Assembly (NCBI GenBank): GCA_964412405.1
Contig: CAYPOB010000003.1
Span: 1 to 37,270 of the forward strand
DNA from: an uncultured Methanocellales archaeon
GTDB taxonomy: Archaea > Halobacteriota > UBA148 > JAJOKI01
Reading direction: 5' to 3'
DNA: 37,270 nt
The translations under genes and the position numbers were made by a program. Below the pieces are notes generated by a model that did not search any database, was not told where the DNA came from, and was given only the letters and a program-made list of their open reading frames with translations. This document shows positions 1 through 9,760 of this stretch, piece by piece; position 1 is the stretch's first letter, and the number at the start of each line of letters is the position of its first letter.

Positions 1-678
1 TTGGCGCTTGACATACTTGACGGCAAAGTCGTCCACGCCGTCAGAGGAGAACGGCATAAATATGCGCCCATAGATAGAGTCAGTCGTATATGTCATTCAT
101 CAGATCCAGTAGAAGTCGTAAACCAATTGAAGCCCAGGGAGGTCTATGTTGCGGATTTGAATCGATTGATGAATAAGGGCGACAATCTCGACGTCGCAGT
201 GCGAATTGCATCGATTTCTTGTACAATGCTCGATTTGGGATGTAAAAACCGAGACGACATATCTCTGGGACTTCAAATCGCAGATAAAGTAGTTCTTGGA
301 ACCGAAACGGCCTCTCTTGATATGCTCAAGGGGGCGCCAGAGAGGACTTGCGTGAGCATCGACATCAAACACGGCAGGGTTCTTTCGTCCGACCCAGCAC
401 TCAGAGTCTCTCCAGCTGCGCTGATCCGTGAATTAAACGATATAAACTTTGACGAGGTCATCATTCTGGATCTGGATCGAGTCGGGACGGGCTTAGGTCT
501 AAATACAGCTCTCCTTGGGGACATTATCGAACATTCCGACCATCCTGTCCTGCTAGGTGGCGGGGTCGGTGCGCTGAAAGATTTAGAAATCTTAAAGGAG
601 ATGGGCGCCAAAGGAGCGATTGTCGCAACTGCCATCCACGACAACTCCATACCGTTGGATGCGATAAGGAGAGCTTAA
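1..678 (+). CDS. HisA/HisF-family (beta/alpha)8-barrel protein (ProFAR-isomerase-like); first codon is TTG at the window edge, so the 5' end may be truncated
   Basis: 225-aa ORF. N-terminal ALDILDGKVVHAVRG and C-terminal LLGGGVG...GAIVATAIH phosphate-binding type motifs are typical of the HisA/HisF family. The stop overlaps the next start (TAAATG). Confidence 0.65.
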   Translation: MALDILDGKVVHAVRGERHKYAPIDRVSRICHSSDPVEVVNQLKPREVYVADLNRLMNKGDNLDVAVRIASISCTMLDLGCKNRDDISLGLQIADKVVLGTETASLDMLKGAPERTCVSIDIKHGRVLSSDPALRVSPAALIRELNDINFDEVIILDLDRVGTGLGLNTALLGDIIEHSDHPVLLGGGVGALKDLEILKEMGAKGAIVATAIHDNSIPLDAIRRA

Positions 679-1335
679 ATGAAACGACACATGCAAAAGG
701 GCGTTCTCATCACGTTTGAGGGCATCGACGGGTCTGGAAAGAGCACCATGGCGAAAAAGGTCGTAGCACGCTTGCACGACGAGTATGACGTCTTGCTCAC
801 CACAGAGCCAACTCATACCTGGATAGGGGATGCGGTCAGGCGTTCGACATCCTTTAATGGTGACCCATTGGCAGAATTCTTTCTTTTTATGGCAGACCAT
901 GTAGAACACCTTGTCAAGGTCGTTAAGCCTGCTCTGGACGAAGGGAAAATCGTGATATCTGACCGTTATTCTGATAGCAGATATGCATATCAGGGTGTTA
1001 CTCTTGCCAAACTTGCACAGCAGGCGAGTGGATTCGACGACCCCATGCGATGGATTAAAAGGTTCCATGAGGGTTGGACGATAGCTCCCAATTTGACATT
1101 TTTATTTATTGTCGCTCCAGACATCGCACTGGACCGGTGCAATCGAAGGAGTATGTTATTAAAATCCAAGTTCGAGAACCTCGAGTTTCTGCAAAAGGTG
1201 CAGGAAAATTTCATCAAACTGGCCGATGAGGAGCCGGAGCGTTTTGTAAAGGTCGATGCTGAAAAGGAGATAGATGAAATGGAGGACGAGGTGGTCGAAA
1301 AGATTCTTAAATATCTGCGAATGGGGGGACTATGA
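679..1335 (+). CDS. tmk: thymidylate kinase
   Basis: P-loop FEGIDGSGKST, DRY-type motif (SDRYSDSRYAYQG) and a length of 218 aa are typical of Tmk. Confidence 0.85.
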   Translation: MKRHMQKGVLITFEGIDGSGKSTMAKKVVARLHDEYDVLLTTEPTHTWIGDAVRRSTSFNGDPLAEFFLFMADHVEHLVKVVKPALDEGKIVISDRYSDSRYAYQGVTLAKLAQQASGFDDPMRWIKRFHEGWTIAPNLTFLFIVAPDIALDRCNRRSMLLKSKFENLEFLQKVQENFIKLADEEPERFVKVDAEKEIDEMEDEVVEKILKYLRMGGL

Positions 1336-1346
1336 ATTATCGCAGA

Positions 1347-3971
1347 TTAACGTTTTGGTTTCGCAATCGCAATCACCATATCCCCAACTTGAAGCACATC
1401 AACAGCCCTTCCCTTTGAGATAAACTCCTTCTTTATCTCGATGCTCTCCGGGTCCAGTTCTATCGTTTCGCCGTCCACTTCTATCGATATGGTGCCAGCT
1501 TTGGCCTGTTCTGCAACTCTCGGGAGGTTGTTCTTCAATGCTTCCATTATCGCGCCGACCCTCTCCCTGTATAACGGTCCAAGGATGCTCATCTTGGGCT
1601 CGATGTCGACTATTCTCTCCTCAAATTCTGGAGCCCCCTTCACTATGTCGACGTTCTTTGCACAGGCCGTTCCCTTGATGTCATCGATGCCATGCTTAAG
1701 GCCATCATCAGCATATATCTCGACCCTCTCCATTTCGGCATTGAGTGGCATACCGTTCTCGGCTTTGTATCTCCTGATCGCGCCCGTCACGTCTCTGATT
1801 AAATCGCCGTACGCCTCGACATCATGGTCTATTAGAGTCTCATCCGCCTCTGGCCACTTACACAGATGGATGCTGCCCCTGGAGTTGGAACAGTGAGAAT
1901 GAGCCTCCTCGGCGAAATGTGGGATAAACGGCGCCAACATCAACAACATCGTATTGATAACAGTCCTCAGCGTATGTTGCGCCGCCACTTTTGCATCTGG
2001 GTCATCGCCGTATAGTCGGTACTTTATCATCTCAATATAATTATCAGCCAATTCGTTCCAAACGAAGTTTCGCATCTTTTTAATCGTCTTGAACTCGTAT
2101 CCATTCAGGTCAGCAGTGACTTCCATAATCAATCTATTTAATTTGCTCAGGATCCATCTATCGATGACGTTTGGTTCAGGTTTATATGGGGTTGTATCGA
2201 GGTCATGTGATAGGCAGAATCGGACGATATTCCACGTCTTGGTGAGGAATCGCCTGCTATGTACGACCTCCTTTAACTCAAACGAATAATCTTCTCCAAG
2301 CGTTCCACCAGCAGCCCATTGCCTGATTGGGTCCACGCCGAACTCAGCGATAGTTTCATCCGGCTCGATGGCGTTGCCCATACTTTTGCTCATCTTTCTT
2401 CCGTCTTCTCCCTGCACCATTCCATTGACCAAAACATCCTTGAACGGTGGTTTTCCAGTCAAAACGAGACAGCGGTATATCGTGTAGAACAACCAGGTTC
2501 GAATGATTTCATACCCCTGTGGTCTGATGGACGTAGGATAGAGCTTATCAAACCCGTCACCGAGCCAATCGCAGGCTATGAGAGGAGTTATCGAACTGTC
2601 GACCCAACAGTCGCACACATCTATACTGCCTTTTATCTTTTTTGAGCCACAGGATGGGCACGCATCAACAGGTGCCTTATCTATTACTGGGTTCACGGGC
2701 AGGTCAATAAATTTGGGTGCGATCACATTATCGCAGTTCTCGCAGTACCAGAACGGAATGGGCGTTCCGAACACCCTCTGTCTTGAAATCACCCAGTCCC
2801 AGTCAAGTAACTCTCCCCAGTCGACAAGCCGCTGGAACATATACTGGGGGTACCAGTTCATCTCCTTGGCGGCTTTAATAACATCATCAGCTCGGTCTTT
2901 GATCCTGATGAACCACTGTGGTATCGGAATCAGTTCGACAGGTTTCTGGCAACTGGATCGTTCCGAGTGAACCAATACCCTATGTTCTATTGCCTCCTGC
3001 CTCTTGATGACACCCATCGCAGTTAGGTCTGCTATAATGCGTTTTTGACATTCAGATATGCCCATGCCGCCGTATCTGCCGGCAACTTCTTTCATCAACC
3101 CATTTTGATCAATTGCGATGATTATGGGTAGTGAATATTTCTGCTGCCATGTTATATCCTGTTCATCGCCATATGTACAGACATATACTGCGCCAGTACC
3201 AAATTTGGGATCGACATCCTCATCCGCGATGATGGGCACATTTCTATCATAGAGGGGCAGCCGTGCGGTTTTTCCAACGTATTTGTCGTACCTTCCGTCA
3301 TTGGGATGCACCATGACCGCAACGCAGGCGCACATCAATTCCGGTCTGGTCGTGGCGATCGTCAAATGACCCTTGTCGACTTTTAACTGTATGTGCGTAA
3401 GGGTGCCTTTTTCATCATTATATCCGAGTTCTGCTTTTGCAAGTGCAGTCCTGCAGTTCCAGCAATAATGAATCGGATGGCGTTTTCGGTAAACCAATCC
3501 CGACTCGTTGAACTTGAGTAAAGAGTATTGGACTTTGGTGATATACTCGGGGGACATGGTTCGGTACTCTCGAGACCAATCGGCAGAATATCCCAGTCTT
3601 CTGAACTGCTCCTTCATCTTGTCGATGCAGCGCGAGGTCCAATCCACACATGCGCTACGAAATTTTGCCACATCGCGCTTGGATATCACCTCCTCGACGG
3701 CCAGCTCAGTGGGCAGACCGTGGCAGTCAAAGCCCTGGGGGAGCAAAACGTTGTAACCCCGCATGCGTTTATATCTGGCGGCAATATCGATCCAGGTGTG
3801 ATTGAGTACATGTCCCATGTGGAGGGAGCCCGATGTAAATGGGGGGGGAGTATCGAGGATGTATACCTGACCATCTGCATCTGGGTCAAATCGGTACTGC
3901 TCCGCCTCTTCCCATCTCTCTTGCCATTTAGGTTCAATGACAGTTGGATCGTATTCTTTTGGCAATTTCAT
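1347..3971 (-). CDS. valS: valyl-tRNA synthetase (class Ia aaRS)
   Basis: 874 aa with HIGH-type motif (SLHMGH) and KMSKS (GRKMSKS). The N-terminal block DTPPPFTSG...ARYKRMRGYNVLLPQGFDCHGLPTE closely resembles archaeal ValRS as I remember it. Assignment to ValRS rather than Ile/LeuRS rests on length and this block. Confidence 0.8.
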   Translation of the reverse strand: MKLPKEYDPTVIEPKWQERWEEAEQYRFDPDADGQVYILDTPPPFTSGSLHMGHVLNHTWIDIAARYKRMRGYNVLLPQGFDCHGLPTELAVEEVISKRDVAKFRSACVDWTSRCIDKMKEQFRRLGYSADWSREYRTMSPEYITKVQYSLLKFNESGLVYRKRHPIHYCWNCRTALAKAELGYNDEKGTLTHIQLKVDKGHLTIATTRPELMCACVAVMVHPNDGRYDKYVGKTARLPLYDRNVPIIADEDVDPKFGTGAVYVCTYGDEQDITWQQKYSLPIIIAIDQNGLMKEVAGRYGGMGISECQKRIIADLTAMGVIKRQEAIEHRVLVHSERSSCQKPVELIPIPQWFIRIKDRADDVIKAAKEMNWYPQYMFQRLVDWGELLDWDWVISRQRVFGTPIPFWYCENCDNVIAPKFIDLPVNPVIDKAPVDACPSCGSKKIKGSIDVCDCWVDSSITPLIACDWLGDGFDKLYPTSIRPQGYEIIRTWLFYTIYRCLVLTGKPPFKDVLVNGMVQGEDGRKMSKSMGNAIEPDETIAEFGVDPIRQWAAGGTLGEDYSFELKEVVHSRRFLTKTWNIVRFCLSHDLDTTPYKPEPNVIDRWILSKLNRLIMEVTADLNGYEFKTIKKMRNFVWNELADNYIEMIKYRLYGDDPDAKVAAQHTLRTVINTMLLMLAPFIPHFAEEAHSHCSNSRGSIHLCKWPEADETLIDHDVEAYGDLIRDVTGAIRRYKAENGMPLNAEMERVEIYADDGLKHGIDDIKGTACAKNVDIVKGAPEFEERIVDIEPKMSILGPLYRERVGAIMEALKNNLPRVAEQAKAGTISIEVDGETIELDPESIEIKKEFISKGRAVDVLQVGDMVIAIAKPKR

Positions 3972-4039
3972 CTACTTGACTCCTTCAAGCACAGAGCGAG
4001 TGATAGCATAAGTTATAACTTTATCGCTGAGGCGCCCCA

Positions 4040-4810
4040 TCAAAATGGTATCCTCCGACCGCTTCCATCCCTCATATATTTGCCAAATTCCGAATCCATC
4101 AGCTGTTCTCCGTTAAACACGGGACCATCTCTGCAGGTCCTCAGCCCAGTGGGGTCGATGCAGCACGACCCGCAGATGCCGATCCCGCACTTGATATAGC
4201 GATGGAGGCTGAACTGCACCCTCCTCGTCATGCCCGTATTTTTTGCAATATCCAAGACCTGGGACATCATCCCTTCAGGCCCGCAAGAATATATTCCTTC
4301 GAATTCCTCAAGGTCCAGTTTGCTCATAACCTCGATGACGGTTCCCTTGTACCCCTTGGACCCGTCATCTGTAGCGATGGATACCTCTCCACTTTTTTTA
4401 AATCGTTCCACGAACAACAATTCCCCGTCTGTTTTGGCGCCGATTAGAGTCTTTACGCTTATATTCTTATTTTTCGCCTTTTCTGCCAATGGCGCCAATG
4501 GCGCAGTCCCAACACCGCCGCCAATTAACAGGATGGATTTGCCTTTGAGCACAAACCCATTTCCAAGAGGCCCTCTGACTCCAATTAGGTCGCCAGTCCT
4601 CAGTTCGAACATAGCGGAAGTGGCGTCCCCTACCTTTTGGACGGTGATGGCATTCGGATATGAGAGGCTCATCGGTATCTCATCCACTCCATGAATCCAC
4701 ACCATTACGTACTGCCCAGGGATGTATTCAAGGGATGTATCTAAAAAGAACGTCTTGGTGGATGGCGTCTCCTCTACGATCCTCGTTATTCTGACGTTCG
4801 TCGCCATCAT
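4040..4810 (-). CDS. pyrK: dihydroorotate dehydrogenase (class 1B) electron-transfer subunit
   Basis: 256 aa with ferredoxin-reductase-like FAD/NAD domains and a C-terminal 2Fe-2S Cys cluster (CGIGICGSCC). It has a 4-nt overlap with the upstream pyrD. Confidence 0.8.
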   Translation of the reverse strand: MMATNVRITRIVEETPSTKTFFLDTSLEYIPGQYVMVWIHGVDEIPMSLSYPNAITVQKVGDATSAMFELRTGDLIGVRGPLGNGFVLKGKSILLIGGGVGTAPLAPLAEKAKNKNISVKTLIGAKTDGELLFVERFKKSGEVSIATDDGSKGYKGTVIEVMSKLDLEEFEGIYSCGPEGMMSQVLDIAKNTGMTRRVQFSLHRYIKCGIGICGSCCIDPTGLRTCRDGPVFNGEQLMDSEFGKYMRDGSGRRIPF

Positions 4811-5700
4811 TTATGTGCCGCTCCTCTGATATTTTTCAAACTGCGCCGATTCTCTTTAAGATGCCGCGCCATCCCATCGGAAACATCTTTAAACACACCT
4901 ATGTCGTTGCAGACAGCCGACCCGATTTGGACGGCTTTGGCGCCAGCCATGATGAACTCGATTGCATCGCGCCAATTTGTGATGCCGCCGACCCCTATGA
5001 CATCGATGCTCAATGCAGAATACAGCTCATATACACATTTCAAAGCAATCGGCTTTATGGCAGGCCCTGATATCCCTCCGACCTTATTGCCGAGGAGCGG
5101 GAATCCCGATTCTACATCTATCGCCATAGCTGGAACCGTGTTGATCGCGACCACTGCATCTGCGCCCCCTTTTTGAGCAGCCAATCCCATTTCGACTATG
5201 TTTGTGAGTGGCGCAAGTTTAACCCATACTGGCACCTCGATGACATCTTTCACTGCCTCTGTTGTTTCTCGAATCGCATCTGGATTAGAGGCAATCGAAG
5301 CACCATAGCCCCTGGCGTGCGGACAGCTAACATTGAGTTCAAAACCATCGGGTTTCGCATCATTTAGTCCGATGGCAACCTCCTGAAATTCAGAGGCGTT
5401 CGCACCGAATATACTGACGATGACGGGTGCGTCTCCTTTTGCAAGCGCCAACTCGCGGGTGAACTCGCTATAAGATGGATTGGGCAACCCCATGGCATTT
5501 AAAATGCCATATTCGCGTTCGGTCACGACAGGTCCAGGATGCCCCGTTCTCGGCGCGGAGCCGATGGATTTGGTCACGACTGCGCCTGCCCCACTACGTA
5601 TCACTCTTTTTAGTGAGGCAGCGGTAGTTCCCAGAATTCCTGCGGCTAATATGGTGGGGTTTTTCAGTTCTAAGCCCGTTACATTGGTTGTCAGGTTCAT
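4807..5700 (-). CDS. pyrD: dihydroorotate dehydrogenase catalytic subunit (class 1B)
   Basis: 297 aa TIM-barrel with motifs GFELNVSCPH, GGISG and GVGGI. It is coupled to pyrK. Confidence 0.85.
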   Translation of the reverse strand: MNLTTNVTGLELKNPTILAAGILGTTAASLKRVIRSGAGAVVTKSIGSAPRTGHPGPVVTEREYGILNAMGLPNPSYSEFTRELALAKGDAPVIVSIFGANASEFQEVAIGLNDAKPDGFELNVSCPHARGYGASIASNPDAIRETTEAVKDVIEVPVWVKLAPLTNIVEMGLAAQKGGADAVVAINTVPAMAIDVESGFPLLGNKVGGISGPAIKPIALKCVYELYSALSIDVIGVGGITNWRDAIEFIMAGAKAVQIGSAVCNDIGVFKDVSDGMARHLKENRRSLKNIRGAAHK

Positions 5701-5784
5701 TTGATGTTAAGACTTTATCGTATCGAGAAATATATCTTTCTGTTCGTCGGGCAGACATCATCAAGGGCCGTTCTCTTATCCCTC

Positions 5785-6120
5785 CTACCCTTCCACAAAC
5801 ATCATCGGATAATTGCGCTCTTTATCATATCTTATTCGCCCCACGACCCTTGCAGATTTATACTGCACCTCGACCCTGACATCAAGCATTTTCCCCTCCA
5901 ACTCGCAATATTTAAATTCGTTAAGATTCTTCCGCACCATTTCCGCATCTATCGACACCCGAACATCTTGCACATACGGCTGGAGAGAGGTACTCTCTTC
6001 GATTGCGCGCTCCAGACCGCTTAACGTATCAGGGCTTAGAGGTGTCCCTACGTATTGATGGTATAATGCGCCCAATTTGATGCCAACCTCCAGTAATGCC
6101 CTATCCCTATCTGAGGACAT
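5785..6120 (-). CDS. small conserved archaeal protein, possibly MptD-type dihydroneopterin aldolase family
   Basis: 111 aa. The N-terminal EVGIKLGALYHQYVGTP block matches my recollection of the archaeal DHNA (MJ0408-like) family. It overlaps the pssA stop by 14 nt, so it is co-transcribed. The family call is from memory only. Confidence 0.45.
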   Translation of the reverse strand: MSSDRDRALLEVGIKLGALYHQYVGTPLSPDTLSGLERAIEESTSLQPYVQDVRVSIDAEMVRKNLNEFKYCELEGKMLDVRVEVQYKSARVVGRIRYDKERNYPMMFVEG

Positions 6121-6793
6121 GGTAAACCTCCTTTATTAATGGGCTGATGAGATACCCGCCGATTATTACGAGCAAGGGCCAGCTGAAGCAGAATACGACC
6201 TCTAAACCAATTATATGACAGAAGATGATGCCAACTATTCCAACTGGTATCAGAATTTTAAAGTTTCGTACCTTTGGATAACCGATTCTGCTGACCATCA
6301 GCACCGATAAAATCATATATGCACCAACCAAAATCATGGAATCGACAGCGACAAGGACCAACAATGCAATGCAGACGCCCGCTGCAGTGATTGGAAGCCC
6401 TACAAATTCATCATCTCCTGGTTGTTCTTCGAACTGGGACACATTGAATCTCGCCAGTCGCAGGATTCCGCACATCAGGTACATCGCAGGCAGAATAAAA
6501 GCGATGGGAATGCTTCCAATCAAAAAGTAGCCCATCACAGCAGGAGCCACGCCGAACGATACCAAGTCCGCGAGTGAGTCGAGATTCAGACCGAATACAC
6601 TGGGTTCGCCCCTTCTCGCGAGCGCACCATCTAGACCATCTGCCAACGCAGCGATCAAAATCAATATTGCGGCACTGTTCCACTCCTCAATCGCCGCCAT
6701 CAAGATAGCTGTAAATCCAAGTAGGGCATTTGTGATCGTCACCAGGTCAGGTAGTCTGATTATGTGCGCTATGTTCCCAAACACCCCATTCAT
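6107..6793 (-). CDS. pssA: CDP-alcohol phosphatidyltransferase, archaetidylserine synthase-like
   Basis: It carries the canonical D-G-x2-A-R-x8-G-x3-D-x3-D motif (DGLDGALARRGEPSVFGLNLDSLADLVSFG) and is a polytopic membrane protein. It has a 4-nt overlap with psd. Confidence 0.8.
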   Translation of the reverse strand: MNGVFGNIAHIIRLPDLVTITNALLGFTAILMAAIEEWNSAAILILIAALADGLDGALARRGEPSVFGLNLDSLADLVSFGVAPAVMGYFLIGSIPIAFILPAMYLMCGILRLARFNVSQFEEQPGDDEFVGLPITAAGVCIALLVLVAVDSMILVGAYMILSVLMVSRIGYPKVRNFKILIPVGIVGIIFCHIIGLEVVFCFSWPLLVIIGGYLISPLIKEVYHVLR

Positions 6794-7371
6794 CTTTTTC
6801 TCCTCGCTATCATCGATTCTCCTGCCTTCACACGATCGCCAGAATTCACGCTGACTACAAATTCATCGGGAATTGTAACACTGGCCCGTGATCCAAGTCG
6901 AATAATGCCGATTCTCTGCCCCCTCTCTACTATGTCTCCCTCGTTCACATAACAAACAATTCTTCTTGCAAGAATGCCTGCAATTTGAGTTACTTCCATA
7001 TCACCATGTTCGGTCTCTATCGTGATATTATTCCGCTCATTTCTATCAGACTCTTTATAAAATGCCGGCAGATACCCTCCTTTTCGATAGTCAATCTTCT
7101 TCACGACCCCTGATAGGGGGGCCCTGTTGACATGGACGTTGTGAGTATTCATAAATATGGTTACTTTTTTATCGGCATGCATCACCACCCCGTCGGCGGG
7201 GGAAACCATGCCATCTCCGCGAGGAGTACGCTCAGGGTCTCTGAAAAATACCACGAAGAAGACCGTCAAACATATGAAGACGGCTGCAACCAGATAATAT
7301 GAAAATAATATGGCGATAACCCCTATCAACAGGGGTAGCAGGATCCAATTGGTCGAGCCCCTTGCCAACAT
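6790..7371 (-). CDS. psd: phosphatidyl/archaetidylserine decarboxylase proenzyme (short archaeal type)
   Basis: 193 aa with an N-terminal TM helix and a C-terminal LGSR self-cleavage type motif (IIRLGSRASV). Its start overlaps the archaeosortase stop (TAATG). Confidence 0.7.
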   Translation of the reverse strand: MLARGSTNWILLPLLIGVIAILFSYYLVAAVFICLTVFFVVFFRDPERTPRGDGMVSPADGVVMHADKKVTIFMNTHNVHVNRAPLSGVVKKIDYRKGGYLPAFYKESDRNERNNITIETEHGDMEVTQIAGILARRIVCYVNEGDIVERGQRIGIIRLGSRASVTIPDEFVVSVNSGDRVKAGESMIARRKR

Positions 7372-8171
7372 TAACCAACACCTCGGATGTCTTTGAACAT
7401 TTGCGCGACACCCGTGATGACGTCCATCAGCTCTGGCAGGATGCGGATGACCGCGTATGCTATGAGGACTACTGCGATGGTAGATCCGATCTTAGATATA
7501 ACATCGTGTGCTATAAAGAAGCTATCTACTCCAAACCATTGACCATGGTACGCCACTATGATAAACATATTTCTGAATATGTTCAATGCATATATAACAG
7601 GCACGGAAATCATAAATGCTTTGAATTTACGCCCAATGGACTTTCCAACTACGAGCGTGATTCCTGCAAAGAGTGCCATGCTCTCTATTCCCGTACATGC
7701 AAGTACTATTCTTACAAGTGGACGTATGTTTGGAGCAATGACGATAAAATAGGTCATATATTGAACCGCAGGAAAGCCAAGAAAGTTCAACCAAAATACT
7801 GTATGAGCTGTAACGATATCTATCAGGAATGTATTCAATATCGGAATCTCTGCAAACGGAAAATACGAGATTCCTCCGACTGCGGCAATAAATGTTATCG
7901 TATGCAACACGTCCACTTCCCTGCTCAACTTCCCACCATGATATGCCTGAATATTGAAAAATGCTATAAAGATACATAAGATGGAAACAAGAGCTGCCAG
8001 AACTGCATTAAATATATCTGCACCAATAAAATACTGCATTAGCATTCCCCAGTGTATGGCAAAAAACATCCATCCGAGAGCACCTATTGAGGACCTAAGC
8101 CTCCTTTCGCGTACGATCGACGCAATGAGGAGTAATCCAAGAGCTACCCACAGAAAACTTTTAATCATCAT
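7371..8171 (-). CDS. archaeosortase/exosortase-family transpeptidase
   Basis: 266-aa polytopic membrane protein. It carries the Cys (LACTGIES), Arg (NIFRN) and His (IAHD) signature residues in the order expected for the exosortase/archaeosortase family. Confidence 0.7.
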   Translation of the reverse strand: MMIKSFLWVALGLLLIASIVRERRLRSSIGALGWMFFAIHWGMLMQYFIGADIFNAVLAALVSILCIFIAFFNIQAYHGGKLSREVDVLHTITFIAAVGGISYFPFAEIPILNTFLIDIVTAHTVFWLNFLGFPAVQYMTYFIVIAPNIRPLVRIVLACTGIESMALFAGITLVVGKSIGRKFKAFMISVPVIYALNIFRNMFIIVAYHGQWFGVDSFFIAHDVISKIGSTIAVVLIAYAVIRILPELMDVITGVAQMFKDIRGVG

Positions 8172-8247
8172 GGAACAATAGCATTATGGAATAATAGACG
8201 ATAAGCATTTCTAAACTAAAAGTGTTACTTTTATTATCATGATTGGC

Positions 8248-8646
8248 ATGACACTTTGCGGTAGATGCCGATAGTATTAATTGGATAACAAAATTGTCTT
8301 GATAAGGCGAAAGAATCCGCAATTTGAGGGGTATTATGAACTCCCTGGCGGATTTGTCAACGGGGTGAGGTGGTGGAACGAGCGTTGATCAGAGAGGCAA
8401 TAGGAGGAGATTGGATTGGATATTCGCATCGTAAAACTGGCGAGGGTGTATTCGGACCCAGATAGAGATCCACGGGGCAACGTCGTCTCGTTGTGCTATC
8501 TTGCAGGGGCGTCCGGCACGATCGCTCAGTATTCGGACGTAGAAGATGTCGAATTATTTGACGTTTCCCAGTTGCCAAAACTAGCATTCGACCACAGGAA
8601 AATGGCCAACGACGCCATGGGAGGATATTATGGAATTTTGTACTGA
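8248..8646 (+). pseudogene. Nudix hydrolase gene interrupted by five frame changes in its first ~160 nt
   Basis: Stitching frames gives MTLC|VDA|IVLI|DNKIVLIRRKNPQFEGYYELPGGFVN|GEVVERALIREAI|EEIGLDIRIVKL...DPDRDPRG...FDH. This carries a perfect Nudix box, G-x5-E-x7-REUxEExGU. Only the last 231 nt (8416-8646) are an intact ORF. Confidence 0.7.
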
Positions 8647-8938
8647 GTGCGGCAGCATGATGTTGCCGTTCGACGATGTTCTGAAGTGCCGGAAGTGCGG
8701 TTGCATCAAGGAGCGCGTGAGGGCGAATCTGATCCTGAAGGAGAAAAGGTTAGAGAGGGAGTTATCCATCATAGAGGGTAGCGAAGACCTTGGACTGCCA
8801 ACTATAAATATGCGTTGCCAGGAATGCGGCAACAAGAGGGCGTATTGGTGGCTCCGCCAACTGCGCTCTGCAGATGAGGGCGAAGTCCGATTTTTCAGGT
8901 GCACCAAATGCGCCAAAACTTGGAGAGAATACAATTAG
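8630..8938 (+). CDS. tfs: transcription factor S (TFS / RpoM-like)
   Basis: 102 aa with two Zn ribbons (CTECG...CRKCG and CQECG...CTKC). The C-terminal ribbon has the acidic RSADEG loop. Confidence 0.85.
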   Translation: MEFCTECGSMMLPFDDVLKCRKCGCIKERVRANLILKEKRLERELSIIEGSEDLGLPTINMRCQECGNKRAYWWLRQLRSADEGEVRFFRCTKCAKTWREYN

Positions 8939-9008
8939 GGACCGATCGTTCGGTTTGTTATCAAAATGATTATAAGATGTTAGATTATTATCAAAAAAGG
9001 GTGTAAAA

Positions 9009-9749
9009 ATGTTCAAAGCTACTATCAATGCAGATATATTAAAGGACTCAATGGAAGCCATCTCTACGTTAGTAGATGACGCAAGATTTAGACTCGATAA
9101 AGATGGAATCAGCACCAAGGCGGTTGATTCAGCGAACGTTGCGATGATCAGTCTTGAGTTGGGCGCAGATGCATTTGAGTCATATGAATGCACAGATGGC
9201 GAGATATGTCTGGATATGTTAAAACTCGTTGACATACTTGGCATGGCGGACAAATCAGATAAGATAGAGCTCGAATTGAATATGGAAACACATAAGCTGA
9301 CGATCAGGATGGGTGGACTCTCATATATGCTTTCGTTGCTTGACCCCTCTTCGATGCGAAAGGAGCCCAAAACACCAAATCTGGACCTTCCCGCAAAGGT
9401 GGTGTTAAACGGAAAAGATATGCGTTTGGCAGTTAGGGCAGCGGAAAAAGTGAGCGATCACATGGCGCTAGGCGTGGATGGTGACATCTTTTTTATGGAA
9501 GCCCAGGGTGATACCGATCAGGTTAGGCTCCAGCGGGCAAAGGACGAATTAATCGATCTGACCTCATCTGGTCCAGCCAGATCATTGTTCTCGCTTGATT
9601 TCCTGAGTGATATTACTAAGGTGGTAAACAAGGTGGACGAGGTGACAATTCACCTTGGCAAGGACTATCCGATTAAAATCGATTTCGAGATAGCTGATGG
9701 CAAGGGCAAGGTCGGATATCTACTTGCTCCGCGCATCGAATCGGATTGA
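9009..9749 (+). CDS. pcn: DNA polymerase sliding clamp PCNA
   Basis: 246 aa. The N-terminal MFKATI...LKDSMEAISTLVDDARF and overall length and pattern are typical of archaeal PCNA. Confidence 0.85.
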   Translation: MFKATINADILKDSMEAISTLVDDARFRLDKDGISTKAVDSANVAMISLELGADAFESYECTDGEICLDMLKLVDILGMADKSDKIELELNMETHKLTIRMGGLSYMLSLLDPSSMRKEPKTPNLDLPAKVVLNGKDMRLAVRAAEKVSDHMALGVDGDIFFMEAQGDTDQVRLQRAKDELIDLTSSGPARSLFSLDFLSDITKVVNKVDEVTIHLGKDYPIKIDFEIADGKGKVGYLLAPRIESD

Positions 9750-9760
9750 CGCTGTGGCTT

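Noticed and set aside
3528-4199. 223-aa plus-strand ORF
   Set aside because: It is antisense to the valS 5' region and runs across the valS/pyrK spacer. It has no motifs, so it is a shadow ORF.
7362-7979. 205-aa plus-strand ORF rich in Cys, Tyr and Asp
   Set aside because: It lies entirely antisense to the archaeosortase gene, which has clear family motifs. Its composition is typical of a shadow ORF.
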